A stretch of DNA of 64,000 nt. Origin: the human T2T-CHM13v2.0 reference genome, Homo sapiens. The stretch lies in the NCBI RefSeq assembly GCF_009914755.1, contig NC_060930.1. One strand, given 5' to 3'. Position 1 is the stretch's first letter, and each line of letters starts with the position of its first letter. Made by a program: the position numbers and the translations under genes. The notes under the pieces were generated by a model that did no database searches, was not told the DNA's origin, and saw only the letters and a program-made list of their open reading frames with translations. Shown here in pieces: positions 13,451-27,925 of the stretch.

Positions 13451-13869
13451 CCATAATAAATTTGTTTGCATTACCATCCCTTTCGCTAGTACCAACTTCT
13501 TAAGAATATTGACCATGTTCAATTAATGTTTCTGTCTTCTCCACCTACAGAACTATGGGGATTTTGTCAATGCTGAAAACTGTTAAAGATAATTTTGAAT
13601 GTTTTACTTTTTTACCTAACTAAATAATTCAAATCCAGAAAATTTCTTCCAGTTTAATAATCTGTCCAAAAGTCAATAAAGTGTACCAACCCATGCATAA
13701 GAGGAATAAAGAAGACATTAGGTGTTTGTGAGATGAACCTCATATTGGATTGGACCTCAGCCTATCACAGTTTTCCCTGAATTGACTTTGGTTTCAATCT
13801 CTAGTCACTCAACCCACTCTATCACCTTCGGCCTGGACAAGCACTGTGCCTCATATCTGATGGTAAGAT

Positions 13870-14068
13870 TCATAGTTTGTAAGAGCACAGGGTTGGAGCC
13901 AGGCTACCTCCTGACAGTGGGCAAGTTATGAAACATGTATGTTCTCATCTGTAGAAGGGAGTAAAAATAATATATACCTTGTAGAGTTGCTGTGTGGATT
14001 AAATAAATTAACCCTTGCAGTGCACTTAGAGCAGTGTCTTAGCGATGTTAGAGCTAGTTCTCATTATT
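13870..14068 (+). mobile_element. MIR SINE
   Basis: gggcaagtta...ttctcatctgta...gttgctgtgtggattaaat...gcacttagagcagtg. Confidence 0.7.
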
Positions 14069-14069
14069 A

Positions 14070-14745
14070 ATCAATCTCCCAGGTGTCTCCTCTTGCCTGT
14101 CTAAAAATCCATTCTCCCCAAAACATCCAGAGTGACCTTTAAGAAACAGAAATCTAATTGCATTATCTCCCTGCTTGAAAACCACCAATGATTTTTTTAA
14201 TGCTAGAAATAAAAATCCAGTCTCCTTTTCCTGGTCTCTAGTCCTGTCATGATCTGCCCCTGTGGTTCCTTCTTGCTCTCACCTCATGCCAGGCTCACCT
14301 GGTTTCACTAAACTTCACCCATATGGTCTCCTTCTGCTCCTTGGGTGTGCCAGCTTTCATCCTACCCTTGGCCCCCACTCTTCCCTCTGCCTGGAATAGT
14401 TTTCTCCTAGTTATTCCTGTGATTCCTTTGTGTTACTCCGACCTTGGTTCAGATATCGCCTCTTCATGAGGTCTCTCCTGAACACTCATTCCAAAGGAGC
14501 TCAACCCACTCTCATTACACTTTATCTCATCCTCCTCTTTTATGATCTTTATATCACTTGTCCATATCTGAAATTGTTGTATTTATTTATCTTTTTATTT
14601 GCTTGCTTTGTTTTTATTCCAAATGGATATAAACTCTGGAGAGTATGGATATTGTCTATATTTTTCACTGCTGAATCTCTAGTTCCTAGATCAGCAGGTC
14701 CTCAAAACATTATCGTTGAATCACTAAATGACATGAAGAATGGAT
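14070..14745 (+). mobile_element. L2a 3' region
   Basis: ccagagtgacctttaa, ccctctgcctggaat, and the L2 terminus ctcaaaacattatcgttgaat...aatg. Confidence 0.75.
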
Positions 14746-14950
14746 GTATCTTCTTGTTGCTGTACTTTGGAAACCCAGTTGATCCCTTGTCCTATTTCTG
14801 AATGGAATCACTGTCCTCCATTGTAGAAGTCAGAAAGCTCAGGGTCATCCTTAACTTGTCCTTATCCATCATCCCCGTAATGTACTTCTTACCTTCAGTC
14901 CATTCTGCTTCCAAAATCGCACATGAATCCCTCTACTTCTTCCTGTCTAG

Positions 14951-15363
<413 letters not shown>

Positions 15364-15479
15364 TAGATTAAACTTGCCAAATCGCAATCTGATTGTGTCC
15401 CTTCATTGCTTAAAACCAGTAACATGTAAACAGTCACATGAGGTGGGAGACATTATGAATGCACAATCTAGCCCCGTAT

Positions 15480-15986
15480 AATTTGTGTCCATCAGCATGT
15501 CTGAGGTTAGGGGCAGTTTCTCAGAAGCCACTGGCTTCCTATGTGAATTAAATGATCTTTCTTTGTCTCTACATCAGGGCTTTCTCTACATCGTGGAGCT
15601 GCTCATCGCTCAATGTGGCTCCCCTGGGGCAACTCTCATACAATGGAGGATGGCATCAATGGATAGATGTTTCAGTCTCTCCCACCACCCCAGCCTCCCA
15701 GCCTTCACTGGGATTCTTCTTAGACCCTTGAGGCCACTGGAGGCCATGACTACACTTGGTACCTCAGAGGGATGCCATGTAGGCATGTAGGGTTGAGACC
15801 CATTGCCAATAATCATGACCAGCTCAATAACACACTGTTTTTTGTTTTGTTTTGTTTTATCTTCTTTCCTTATCTCTCTTTTACCTCTTCCTTGCTTGTG
15901 CATTCTGAAATTAACTCTTAAATAAATGACCTGTATCCAAGGCCTGTCTTGTATTTCACTCTTGGGAAAACACAAGCTAGGATACA
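15480..15986 (+). mobile_element. ERVL solo LTR (LTR16-family-like)
   Basis: gaccagctcaataacacac, aaataaatgacctgtatccaagg, and end gggaaaacacaagctaggataca. Confidence 0.6.
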
Positions 15987-17254
15987 TGACTTATAACATG
16001 CCTTGTGATCTGGTCTTTACTTCCCTCTCCAGGTTATTTTCCTCAGTCAACAACCACTTCCTACCCACATCAACCTTGTTTTGAGGCCATACTAATTTCT
16101 TGAGTACATCATGCTCTTTCTTACTTTCTATGTATTTGTGTACTTTTGGCTGCAACCTAAATGCTACCGCAATCACCCAGTGGATAACCACGTGCCATGT
16201 TCCAACAGGTGTTCGATGATTGCTCCTTCAAGTAATTGGAGTCTGAAATTTATTCCTGTTCATGTAATTCCACAGAGAAGTCTTAAAATATTTTAATTTA
16301 TTTTTATACAGTGGGTTATGGGAATATCGCTAAAATTCTGAGAAGATATAAAAGCAGAAATACATATAGTTATTTTAAAATTCCAAATTTATATTTTTCT
16401 TATTTTTAATGGCCTTTAAGTTAACCAGGTGCAAACAATCTACTATTTTCATTTGGAAACAATGGAACATCCAGCTGTCCAGAGAATAAATTTGTGTGAA
16501 TTGCATGATTTAAAAAATGTAAGCCAATGTTAGCTTAAAATTTTCTTTTTACAATAAGTGAAGTTCTTTTTATGGAGGACTGTCACGTGATTACTTTTAT
16601 TATATCTTTTTTTTTCTGAAAAATGTTCCCTGGAAGTAGCATTTTCTCAGTTCTAAATAAACTTTTAAGTTATACCCAGCAAGAGCCAAAGTGATGATAG
16701 AATTAAACTCATTATGCTTTTATTTTACTCTGATACTCTTAACAAGAGATATAGCTCATTCTGAACATATAATTAGGGCATTTGAGGTAATCCATGCTTT
16801 AATAATATTTGAGATGATAAATGCCAGTTACAACAAACATGTTACTACTCTTTTCACTGTTGTTCCTTTTCTCTTTATAGTCACTCACTAAAAACTTGGA
16901 TTTCTTCTATGTTTTAATTTTTATAAAACCAACAAAAATCCAGAGTTCTTATAGACCACTGATATTTGTTGGCCTGAAAACATTTGAAAGAACAGGCGGT
17001 CTTCTTGCTGCAGGGTCCAAATGCACTATCAACGTGATTTATATGATATATTCAAATATTTCATGTAAAAGTGAATTTTCATTTTCATATTCACATCTTT
17101 ACAATTTAAATCTGGATAATTCTCACTTACTGTTCAGAGCTCAAAGAAATTTTCCACAGTTGCCCATACCACTGCAGCATGCCTGAGTTTCCATGCACCG
17201 TGTGCTCCTCCGTCACAATCTATTTTAGACATTGGTAATTATGTCTTTAATGTA

Positions 17255-17360
17255 TAATTGTGCACTACATGACAATGTTTTAGTCAATGATGGACTGCAG
17301 GTATGACAGTGGTTGCATAACATTATAATGAAGTTGAAAAATTCCTATTGCCTAGTGACA

Positions 17361-17403
<43 letters not shown>

Positions 17404-18473
17404 AAGTTCCTGGATACATGAAAATTTCCTACTGCCTAGTGGCATCTTTTTGTTTTTTCTTTTTTCTTTTACTTTAAGTTCTGGGATACATGTGCAACAT
17501 GTAGGCTTGTTGCATAGGTATACGTGTGTCATGGTGGTTTGCTGCGCCTATCAACCCGTCATCTAGGTTTTAGGCCCCGCATGCATTAGGTATTTGTCCT
17601 AATGCTCTCCCTCCTCTTGGCCCCCACCCCCTAACAGGCCTCGGGGTGTGATGTTCCCCTCCCTGTGTCCGTGTGTTTTCACTGTTTAACTCCCACTTAT
17701 GAGTGAGAGCATGCGGTGACTGAGATCTTGATGATCCTGACCCTGTGTAGGCCTAGGCTGATGTGTGTATTTGTCTTCATTTTTAACTAACAAAAATATT
17801 TAAGAAGTAAAAAGAAAAATTTAATTAAAATTAGAAAAAAGTTTATGGAATAAAGATATAAAGAGAAAATATTTTTTTGTAAAGCTATACAATGCATTTG
17901 TGTGGGAAGCTAAGTATTATTACAAAGGAGTCTAAAAGTTTAAAAAATTAAAAAGTGCACAAAAAGGCTACAGTAAGCTAAGGTTAATTTATTATTGAGG
18001 AAATAAAAATATTTAAAAATAAACTTAGTGTAGCCTAAATGTACAGTGTTTATAAAGTCTACAGTAGCGTGCAGTAAGGTCCTAGACCTTCACGTTCACT
18101 CACCACTCACACACTGACTTACCAGAGCCATTTCCCGTCCTGTAAGCTCCATTCATGGGAAGTGTTCTATACAGATGTACCATATAAAAATCTTTTATAA
18201 GTACGAAAGGTATAGATTTTCACTACACCTTTTCTATGTTTAAATACACAAATTCTTACCCTTGTGTTACAATTGTCTACAGTATTCAGCACAGTAACAC
18301 GCTGTTCAGATTCGTAACTCAAGAGCAACCGACTCTATCACATAGCCTAGGTATGTAGTAGGCTATACCGTCTGGGCTTGTGTAAATATACTCTATGATG
18401 CTCCCACAATGACAAAATTCCCTAAGGACACATTTTTCAGAACATACCCCTGTTGCTAAGTGATGCATAGCTG
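17255..18473. mobile_element. Tigger3b/GOLEM-type DNA transposon interrupted by L1PA (parts 17255-17362 and 17718-18473)
   Basis: gttttagtcaatgatggactgca...gaaaaattcctattgcctagtgac; gatgatcctgaccctgtgtaggcctaggct; terminal taagtgatgcatagctg followed by TA. Confidence 0.9.
17447..17718 (-). mobile_element. L1PA (L1PA8-like) 3' end, 5'-truncated
   Basis: actttaagttctgggatacatgtgc...catctaggttttaggccccgcatgcattagg...cccacttatgagtgag. Confidence 0.93.
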
Positions 18474-18840
18474 TATATCTTCTCCACTTGACTACAAACT
18501 AAATGATGATCCAAATGGAATCTATTTTTTTTTTTTTTTACTGTCATATAACTAGCTCTTTAGCACAGCACCTGACACATAGTAGGTACTCAAAAGATGT
18601 TTGGAACTTCCTCCAGTATACATCTATATTTATTTTTCCAGCATACATAGAACTTTAGTTGATTACATCATTCATTTATATTTTTATGCATTTAAATTTA
18701 CTTAAACATTCATTTATTCTACAAACTTTTATTGAGCTCCTAGTATGTGCCAGTGAACATTAGGCCATGTAGTGGTGCCTTAGAAATAAAAGACAGATTC
18801 CCTTTTCTTTAAAAAAGAAGACAGAGAAATATAAGAAAAT

Positions 18841-18990
18841 CAGCCTGGGAAAAAACCACCTGGGAAGCTGCTTGAAATACAAATACTAGGCCCCTCCCCA
18901 GGCCTACTGGGCAGAGACTCCAGCAACCTATGTTTTAACAAGCCTCCCTGGGAGTCCAAGGCCCACACTGTAATGTGAGAGATGCCTGGT
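18841..18990. mobile_element. MER5A-like hAT remnant
   Basis: cacctgggaagc...aggcccctccccaggcctactg...tgttttaacaagcctccc. Confidence 0.6.
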
Positions 18991-19568
18991 ACAGACACTG
19001 CTCTACCCTCTTCCCCAAGGCAGATTTCCTCCATCTGAAAGTACTACCAAGTCCAGAGTAAAAACTAACCCAGTTGTAGTTCTGAGGTGCAGGATTCAGT
19101 CTCACATCTGCAAAGCTCAGAGTGGTGCCTTCTTAGATCACTAGCTGACCCCTTTAGGGAAAGCCTGTGCCAGAATAATCCTCTAAGCATTGTTCTGACC
19201 TCCTGCTGGCTTCCTGTGGTTTTCCTCTATTTTGTGTCTCCAAAGTCTCATAGATGAACTTACTTAAATTATATGGTATATAGACTTAATTAATGGTAAG
19301 GAAAGTAGAATTCACTAGTTTAAAGGGAAAGCAATAGGAATGAATTTAGTACATATTTTCAGCAAGAAGCATGGTGGTGTTAAGTCAGAGACATCAGTTT
19401 GAACATATTAAAGGCCATTCTTTTGCTCTGTCAATCTCATGGCTGTTGACTCTAACTTTAATGCATAGTATCTTGAAAATATGTGACTATAATCAAAATG
19501 GAAAGAAATGAATCTACATACATCAACATAGATCCTTATTTCCTGAAATATTCGGAACCTACATATAC

Positions 19569-19570
<2 letters not shown>

Positions 19571-19604
<34 letters not shown>
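19571..19604. repeat. (AC)17 microsatellite
   Basis: Perfect AC run read directly. Confidence 0.97.
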
Positions 19605-19606
<2 letters not shown>

Positions 19607-20254
19607 CGCACCCAAACACACAACTATTTTTGTTTGTTAGTATGTGGTGTTCTTTTACAAATATATTAATGAGCTATTTTTAAGGTTTTAAAAATGGTTT
19701 GCTTTGTAATGGGTGGCCTAAAAGTCTTAGTTTTACTTCTCTGGAAATTCTGACTTTTCCCTTATTGCTCAGTTGTGGTTTTTCAGCGAGGAAAGTTTTG
19801 CTATTTTCCAACTTAAAGCAAATAAATTTATCTTATAGTTTGTTCTATTTTGTATACCTTCTCAAAAACACATTTGATAGCAGTGCAAATGCTTTTTGAA
19901 AATTAAAATAGTAAAAGTACCACAAGGACTTCAATTAAAAACATCTCGCTTTGCCCTGTGTGAGCTCTTTTCTATTTATCAGGATGTTATTTAAAGTTGG
20001 ACAATTAATGTAAATGCTCTCTGGAGAACTTAAGTGCTTCCGTGTAGATAGGTGGAATTTCCTAGGAAATTCCAGAGACTATCAATCTATCAGTCTGTCA
20101 TTCAACAAATGTTTCAGCTGCATGAAAGATACAGCTTTAGATTCTAGGTGCAACTGGAAGTGACACTTAAATTAAATGGAAAAATATGCATGCAGAGTTA
20201 AGTTACAGTGTTAATATTAATGATCATTCACTTCTGTGTAGCTTTTTTGGTAAG

Positions 20255-20465
20255 TTTTTAAATTTTATTGACTTATTTGACAACTAAAAACTAAATATTT
20301 GAGGTGTGCAATTTCATGATTTGATGGATATATGTATAATCACCACAATAAAGCTCATAATATATCCATTACCTCAGATAGTTTTCTTTCTTTCTTCCTT
20401 TTTCTTTTTTCGATGAGGAGGTGGTGAGAATACTTAAGATATATCCTCTTAGCAAATTTCAAGTT
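20255..20465 (-). mobile_element. L1MA 3' end fragment, followed by MIR remnant (~20470-20680)
   Basis: taatcaccacaat...atatccattacctca...gtggtgagaatacttaagat...tcttagcaaatttcaagt. Confidence 0.75.
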
Positions 20466-22863
20466 GTATAGCTTACTTAAATTATTTTCTTTCAACCTAT
20501 AAGGCAGGAAGGGAAATAATTATTATCCCCATTTTCAAATAGAGAAACAGAGGCTGAGGTTTGCAGACATCAAGTGCCTTATCCAAGGTCATGCATCCTT
20601 ATGCTAAGTGCCAAAGTCATGATGAAGACTAGCTCTTTGGAGTTCTAATACAAGACTTGTTTATGACTTCCCATTGCCCCTTTAAAAAACAAAACAACAA
20701 CTAATTGATGGTGCATGATAAATGATAAATACAGTTATATCAGAAAAATGCTTATTTTTTGTGGCAGTGATGACTGGGAATTCCCTCCCTCTATGAAGGA
20801 GAGAGTGAAGCACTGGGTTTTGGGCCAATTTATCTAAAAGTGAAAGAGCCTGGTCTTGGGGAAATGATCAGTGGTGGAAGGAGGAAATGCACATGCAAGG
20901 CCCGCAGTGGATCAGTGTTCTGCGATGATTGAAGGCGCCCTTGGACTTGGATGGGCATCCTGACATTGTCTAGTCCTGACTGTTCATTTCTCAAGATTCT
21001 TGTTAGCTGCCAAGGTCTAGTAGGATGAGACCACATTAATGTCAATGAAGTCCAGTCAGTTCGAGACAGCTTTGTTTTTCTACAATTAAAACAATGAGGC
21101 AATGACTCTCAATCATGATCTCTTGGGTCTATTTCCCCTGGATACTAACTAATGGTGGTTCCAATTCTTTTAAAACAGACTATATTTTTTTTTTCTCACA
21201 TGAGTTCACACACACAAATGCATGTGGTTTTGGTCCACATGCATTTCATATGACTCTGAAGTATAGCGTTATTGGTGAACATAAAAGCAATCAGACTTGA
21301 TTACCGTTCAAGAGGGACTCTGAAAAGAGCATCCACGAATAATACCCTGGACTCCTGGAAAGCTTGGTGTATCATTCCTTCTTCTTTTTTTTAAGAGCAC
21401 TGGACCTTAGACAGTAGATGGCAGTGTGAGATGGGAAATTTAAGTCTTGGCAGCGATATGCTTGAAACCAGCCCAGTAAAAATGGCTTTTTGACTTGGAA
21501 GCATTTATGAAATGAACTTTCAGTCGGAGTTTTGTCTGACAGCCAGGATTCCACCCTGCGAGGTGTTGGCAACCCACAGGTGAGGCTGTGTAAGTGCTTT
21601 GTTTGAACCGAGGCTGTTGCACTGCTCGGAAGCAAGGTGGGGAGCATTTGAGCAAAATCATTGTCACAGAGCCAAGCAAACTGCCACTCAGGTCTCTTGG
21701 CACTCCTGTTCCCCCTGGCATAGTTAGAGCCACTCCTCTTTGCCTTTCTGGGAAATTCATTGTGTTTAAATCTAATAAGTAGAAGCTTTGATATATCCAA
21801 AATGTTGTTGCTGCTTCAGGTATTTACTTAATCTTTCCTTTCCTTTCTATCCTAAACCCCTTAAAAGTCTGAAGCAGTGAGTGAGGGAGTTTCCAAACTG
21901 AAAAGCAAATTAGATTATTCATGGGAGAATTGCTCAATCTGAAAGTACACTATTCCCCATGGCTTATCAAATGATGGATTCTATTTAGAATCTTTAAGAA
22001 ATCATGGAAAATAGGGCAGTGTTGAAGCAGGTTTGGGTGTCTCTTCTATTAAAGACTCTTGACAGTGGCAGGATTTGGTATCTACAGTTACCTGGTAAAC
22101 CTGGATCCCTCTAGAACACCTTATAACACGCAGGTGTATTTTAAGCACAGAAGAAGTAGCATAAAACATTTGTTTTACACAATATTCTATTTCATAGAGA
22201 AGAGGTTAGAGGATCCTTGCTGCGCATGCAGTCACTGAAGAATCAGAATAGGGTCCATAATGAGTGTATCCTAAAGTTAGTAATTATTCTGCTTCTTGAA
22301 CCTATCTGAAAACTACATTCCCTTAATTTAGGTATAATTTCTAGACTAGCTAAATCTCAGCTTTTATGTGATATAATATACATTACTTAACCCTCCATAA
22401 GATCTTGTTTTCCCAACTGTAGAATGAGGATAATAAAAGTACTTGCTTCATAGAGCCTGTTATACCATAAATATTGCCATTATAATACAGTTTGCTATAC
22501 AACAAATATTAGCCATTATTATTACATATATGTTGATGAGTGCAGGCATATTTTCAAACAAAATTACTTTCTCTCCACTTCCCGAAATAATTCAAGAGGA
22601 TAGTGAACACTAGTAATACTCTAAGTCAAACAAAATTAAGTAGATAAGTCTGCTCAAAATATACTGTGTACACAATTAAGTGCAGGAAAATTTAAGACTA
22701 CCTGTAAAAACACTCATTTTCATCAATATGCTTCAGAGGAGAAGAATAGAATGTTACACAAGCCTCCACACACATACTGTGTATGCGCATTCACATGCCC
22801 ATATATTTTCATTCATTACTTAAAACAGTGCTTTGGTTAACCAGGTGTGGAGACACATTTTCA

Positions 22864-23389
<526 letters not shown>

Positions 23390-23856
23390 TTATGGTTAAG
23401 TATCAAGAAGTTACTTCCCAACTCCACTACTTTTCACTTTCTTATATTTTCCTCAAGTTGTTTTTTCATTTCATTTTTTGTTTGTTTGTTTGTTTAATTA
23501 ACTTTACTAAGGCGATAAGTCTGCGTTCTTTCCCAGGCTCTTCCAGGTTTTGAGATCTTGGGAAATTTACTGAATGTCTCTGTGTCCTCACCTATAATAA
23601 TAAGAAATAATAAGACCCCAGCTTGTTGTGAGATGAGATAAGCAGATACATGTAACACCCACCAGTCCAGTGTGGGGCATAAGGTAAGCTCTCATCCCAT
23701 AAAAGCCAGAGATAAAAAGGATCATTTGACTTGGCATTTACAGAATTAGAAAACTACATGATGTTTGAAAGAAGCTCAGAGTTAAGCAACGCCTCTTATT
23801 TTACAGATGAGGAAACGAATGGCTAGAAAGGTTAAGTAAAGATTGGTAACACTGCT

Positions 23857-24365
23857 TGCATTAGTCAGGATTCTCCAGATAAACAGAACCAATAGTATTT
23901 ATTTATTTATTTGTTTATTTAATCATTCATTTATTCATTACAAGGAATTGGCTCATATGATTGTGGAGGCTCAGACATCCCAAAATCTGCAGCCAGCAAG
24001 CAGGAGACCCAGGAGAGCGAATGTTGTAGCTCCAGTCTGAAGATCGTCCAGCCTGAGACCCAGGAGGAGCCAATGTTTCAGTTTGAATCTGAAGGCAGGA
24101 AAAGACTGATGTACCAGCTCATGGCAGTCAGGCAGGAGCAGTTCCTCTTACTAGCAGGAAAGTTGGCCTTTTTGTTTTATTCTGGCCTTCAACTGATTGG
24201 TTCAGGCCCACCCACATTAAGGAGGGCAACAATCTGGTTTACTTGGTCTCCTGATTAAAACATTAATCTCATCCAAAAATGCTTTCACAGACACACTTAG
24301 AGTAATGTTCAACCAAATATCTTGGCACCCTTGGTCCAGTCAAGTTTACAATATTAACTGTCACA
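23857..24365 (-). mobile_element. MLT2B-type ERVL solo LTR
   Basis: tgcattagtcaggattctccaga...aaggaattggctca...ggcccacccacatt...aactgtcaca; near-perfect 5-bp TSD ctgct/ctgtt. Confidence 0.9.
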
Positions 24366-24549
24366 CTGTTATAAGTCTAGTCTATGCCTAATTTTAAGCT
24401 TCTAAAACAATCAACTCAAAGGAAATTTAACTGAGCTCTAGTGGTCCCGTTTGCTAAAGTATAACATTAGTGTTTTATTCTAAACAAGTTTAGGCTTTTC
24501 TCTTTGCTAAGATAAATTCACATTTTTAAGCTTTGAAAATGCCATATAT

Positions 24550-24880
<331 letters not shown>

Positions 24881-27199
24881 TAATAGCTTCTTAGAGTTTT
24901 TGTTTTTTGTTATGTGGCCTTAAAGCAGAGCAGATCCATGTGTATAGGGACCAGTCACAAATACATTATAGAGGTTGCCCTCAAACTTCATTTGTACCTT
25001 TCTGGCATTAGCTTTCTCTTTCAAATGATATAAGGAGGCAGCAGCATGATGTCTTTGTTCCCTGACAGAGGGAAATCTAGGAATCGGTTATCTGCCTTCA
25101 GAGAAGTCTGGAATGAGAGTACAAGGAAACTATGAATCTCACCACTTTGAGAGCCCATTTACCAGGAGGAAATGAATGAGAAAGAGTATGAGTTCAGATC
25201 AGCTTGGGAACTAAAGCCATGGCCATGCCTGGGAGAAAGGAACTTAAGGTGAAGACAAAAATCAGTGGGGAAGTATACACTCTATTATCAACAAAAATCA
25301 GATGATCAATTTGTATTTATTACAGGACCAGAGTGTACAGAACTGAGTGGCCTTCAAGGCAGCTCAGGGCATTGAACTCTGCCCTTGATTCTTTTGGGTG
25401 AAGACATTCAGTGCCACACTACCAGTATGTAATGTTTGCACCTGGCAAAAGTGGTGGTCAAGATCTACCCTGAATTTACTGAAAAATGTCTCCTCTTTTC
25501 TTTCTCAACTACTGTGGTTATTAGGCTATATTCTTTCAGTACCTTCACACTTTAAGAATTGTTAATTATTCTTGTTTTTTCTGTTATCATTTATACTGAT
25601 AAAATGAATTATAAGCCTAAAATAATACATTTCTTGGCATTTTTGGGGTTTGATCATGTTTTTTGCTTAGTTTGAAGAGTTATTGCTATAAAGAATATCA
25701 TCAATGAAAATATATCTAACATATTTAAATGCTTTTATCTGAAGGGTGATATTTATTTTAATATATTGAAGGTATTTGAGTGTCATTTGGTATTTATTTC
25801 TTATCATTGTTAATTTGAATGATATTTATTATTTTGGGGGACCTCATAAGCAATACGCAATTAATACTTGAATTTATTTTAAAAATTAACGAGTATATCC
25901 TTAGGTTGGATTGCCAATGCACTTTAGAGTAAATCTTTGAAATGTATGAAGTACTTTTTAATTGGAATTATTTAAACTGAGGTAATGATAAGGGTAATAC
26001 TATTGTTAATGATCCTTATAAAATTCATTTTTATTTTGTTTACCAATTCCATTTTGGTTCTTAAATTAATGCTCTCAATTGCATACATGCACATAAAATC
26101 AGTTAGTTGGACGTCTATAATCAAATGGTAGACTCAAGAAATTATATAAACATTTATTAAAATAATCTTATATTTATATTATCATTTTATAATTTTCAAA
26201 ATGGTTTCATTAATTATCTTTTCATGAATATTATTGTGTACTTACAACAAGAGGCCTCATGTTTTTCGAACTCTATATGTACAACACTGATTACGACATT
26301 ACTTCTGCCTTTAAAAAACTTATATTATGCTACTGTAGACAGATAAGTAAAGAATTATTGATCTGGGAAGACCAGTATTATAAGAGAGGCATAAATAAAA
26401 TATTTTAGAATCAGAGGATGAAGCTACGAACTGTTTTGGGGGAAATAGGGATGGATCAAGGAAGATTGTGAAGACAATTTAGGATTTTGAGCCAAATTAG
26501 AAAAGATGAGGTGTTGCCTAGGAGGAGAAACTGGGTAAGGGAATTCTAGGGAGATGGACCAGCGAGGATGTAGTGTCTGCTTGCACACAGGGTGTTGGAA
26601 AAAAAATAGGTAACAATTTGGAAACAAAAGGAGAAGGTCAAGATTTAAATCTAGAAAAAAAGAAAAAAGATCAGAGCTAGATGGTGGAGGGCCTTACAAA
26701 TTATTCTAGCTATGTCTACCTTTTCCTAGGTAATGGAAAGCCAGTGGAGGTTTAACCCTCACTTATCATCCAGCTACTTTAAGATGCAGGAAATGTAAAT
26801 GATCTCAAGTTTATGAGATGTCATCCGCTAAAAAATATTAACCAAGTGCTAGCCTTCTAATTTCCAACCCTGTGCAGTTCAATACCTTTCAAATAATTCT
26901 GGGTCTACTTCAACCAATGTTCTAGTGAGTCAAGTAACAAATGAAACATAAGTGGCAAGGAGTCAGATTTTTGTCTATTGTGTTTACTGCTGTATCCCCA
27001 ATACCTAAAACAGCACCTAGTGCCAAATTAGTAGAACCAATAAATAGAAAATATGTATTGAGTGATTATGAAGTATCAGTTACTCTTTTAAATACCATTA
27101 CTTGGATTAAAGGATTAAAACCGCTATTAGAGAATTGTGTTCCACTTTTGGTACATTATTTTACAAATCATTGCTGGACAAGCAAATAATAATATGATA

Positions 27200-27510
27200 T
27201 TGAAGGTTCTGGAGAATATCACCAAATGTGGCCTAAAATGACACATCATGTTGAGGAGATTTAGTTAGAGGAGACTTATCTTCAAATATTTGAAAATCTA
27301 TCATGTAAAAGAAGTAGATCTATTTTGAAGAATCATCTCTGGAGAGTTTACTTAGGGTCGATGCGTGGGTGCTGTAAGAGTTATATTTTGTTTTAATATG
27401 TGAAATAATTGTTTGACAATTTGATTTAACTAATAATAGAAAAAATTAATTTGGGATAAAATAAGCTTCAGTTTACTCATGATATTCAAACAAGAGCTGC
27501 AGGGCCATGG
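27200..27510 (+). mobile_element. L3/CR1 LINE remnant
   Basis: tcttcaaatatttgaaaatctatcatgtaaaagaag and tattcaaacaagagctg resemble the L3 3' region. Confidence 0.55.
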
Positions 27511-27769
27511 GTTCTATAGAACAGAATACAGAGCTATAGGATATACAAGGTTCTGTGAGTCTAGAAGAAGTTGGTAGACCAGACCAGTTGGATTATTTTG
27601 ATTCAAGTGAGGAGTGTACTGGTCTGTTAACATGTATGTTTGAAAGTAGTTGGCCTGTTTCAAATCAGCTTTGAACATCAATTAAATGGGGAAAAAAGGC
27701 TCTTTGGCTTTTTGTCAATGTCCTTTCCAAACCAAAGCAGATTATTCATAGTTTCCTTTAATGTCTTCT

Positions 27770-27925
27770 CTTCTGTTTATGAGGAATGACTCAAGGGAGG
27801 TTTTTCTTTAATTCAAAACAAACAGAGTGTTTACATGATGAATGGATGGCCAATACTTCTATGTTTCCTGAGAATGTTTACTGCCCATCAGGTGTTGTTT
27901 TACCTGAACTTCTGGTGACTCAAGA
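27770..27925. promoter_or_regulatory. Candidate enhancer (AP-1/FOX/TEAD/STAT motif cluster)
   Basis: TGACTCA twice (27787, 27916), TGTTTAC twice (27828, 27875), TGTTTAT (27774), GGAATG overlapping the first AP-1 site, and TTCCTGAGAA (27865). Confidence 0.4.

Noticed and set aside
26714-26735. ccttttccTAG|GTAATG recursive-site-like motif
   Set aside because: It lies in an L2 remnant with a suboptimal donor; plausible by chance.
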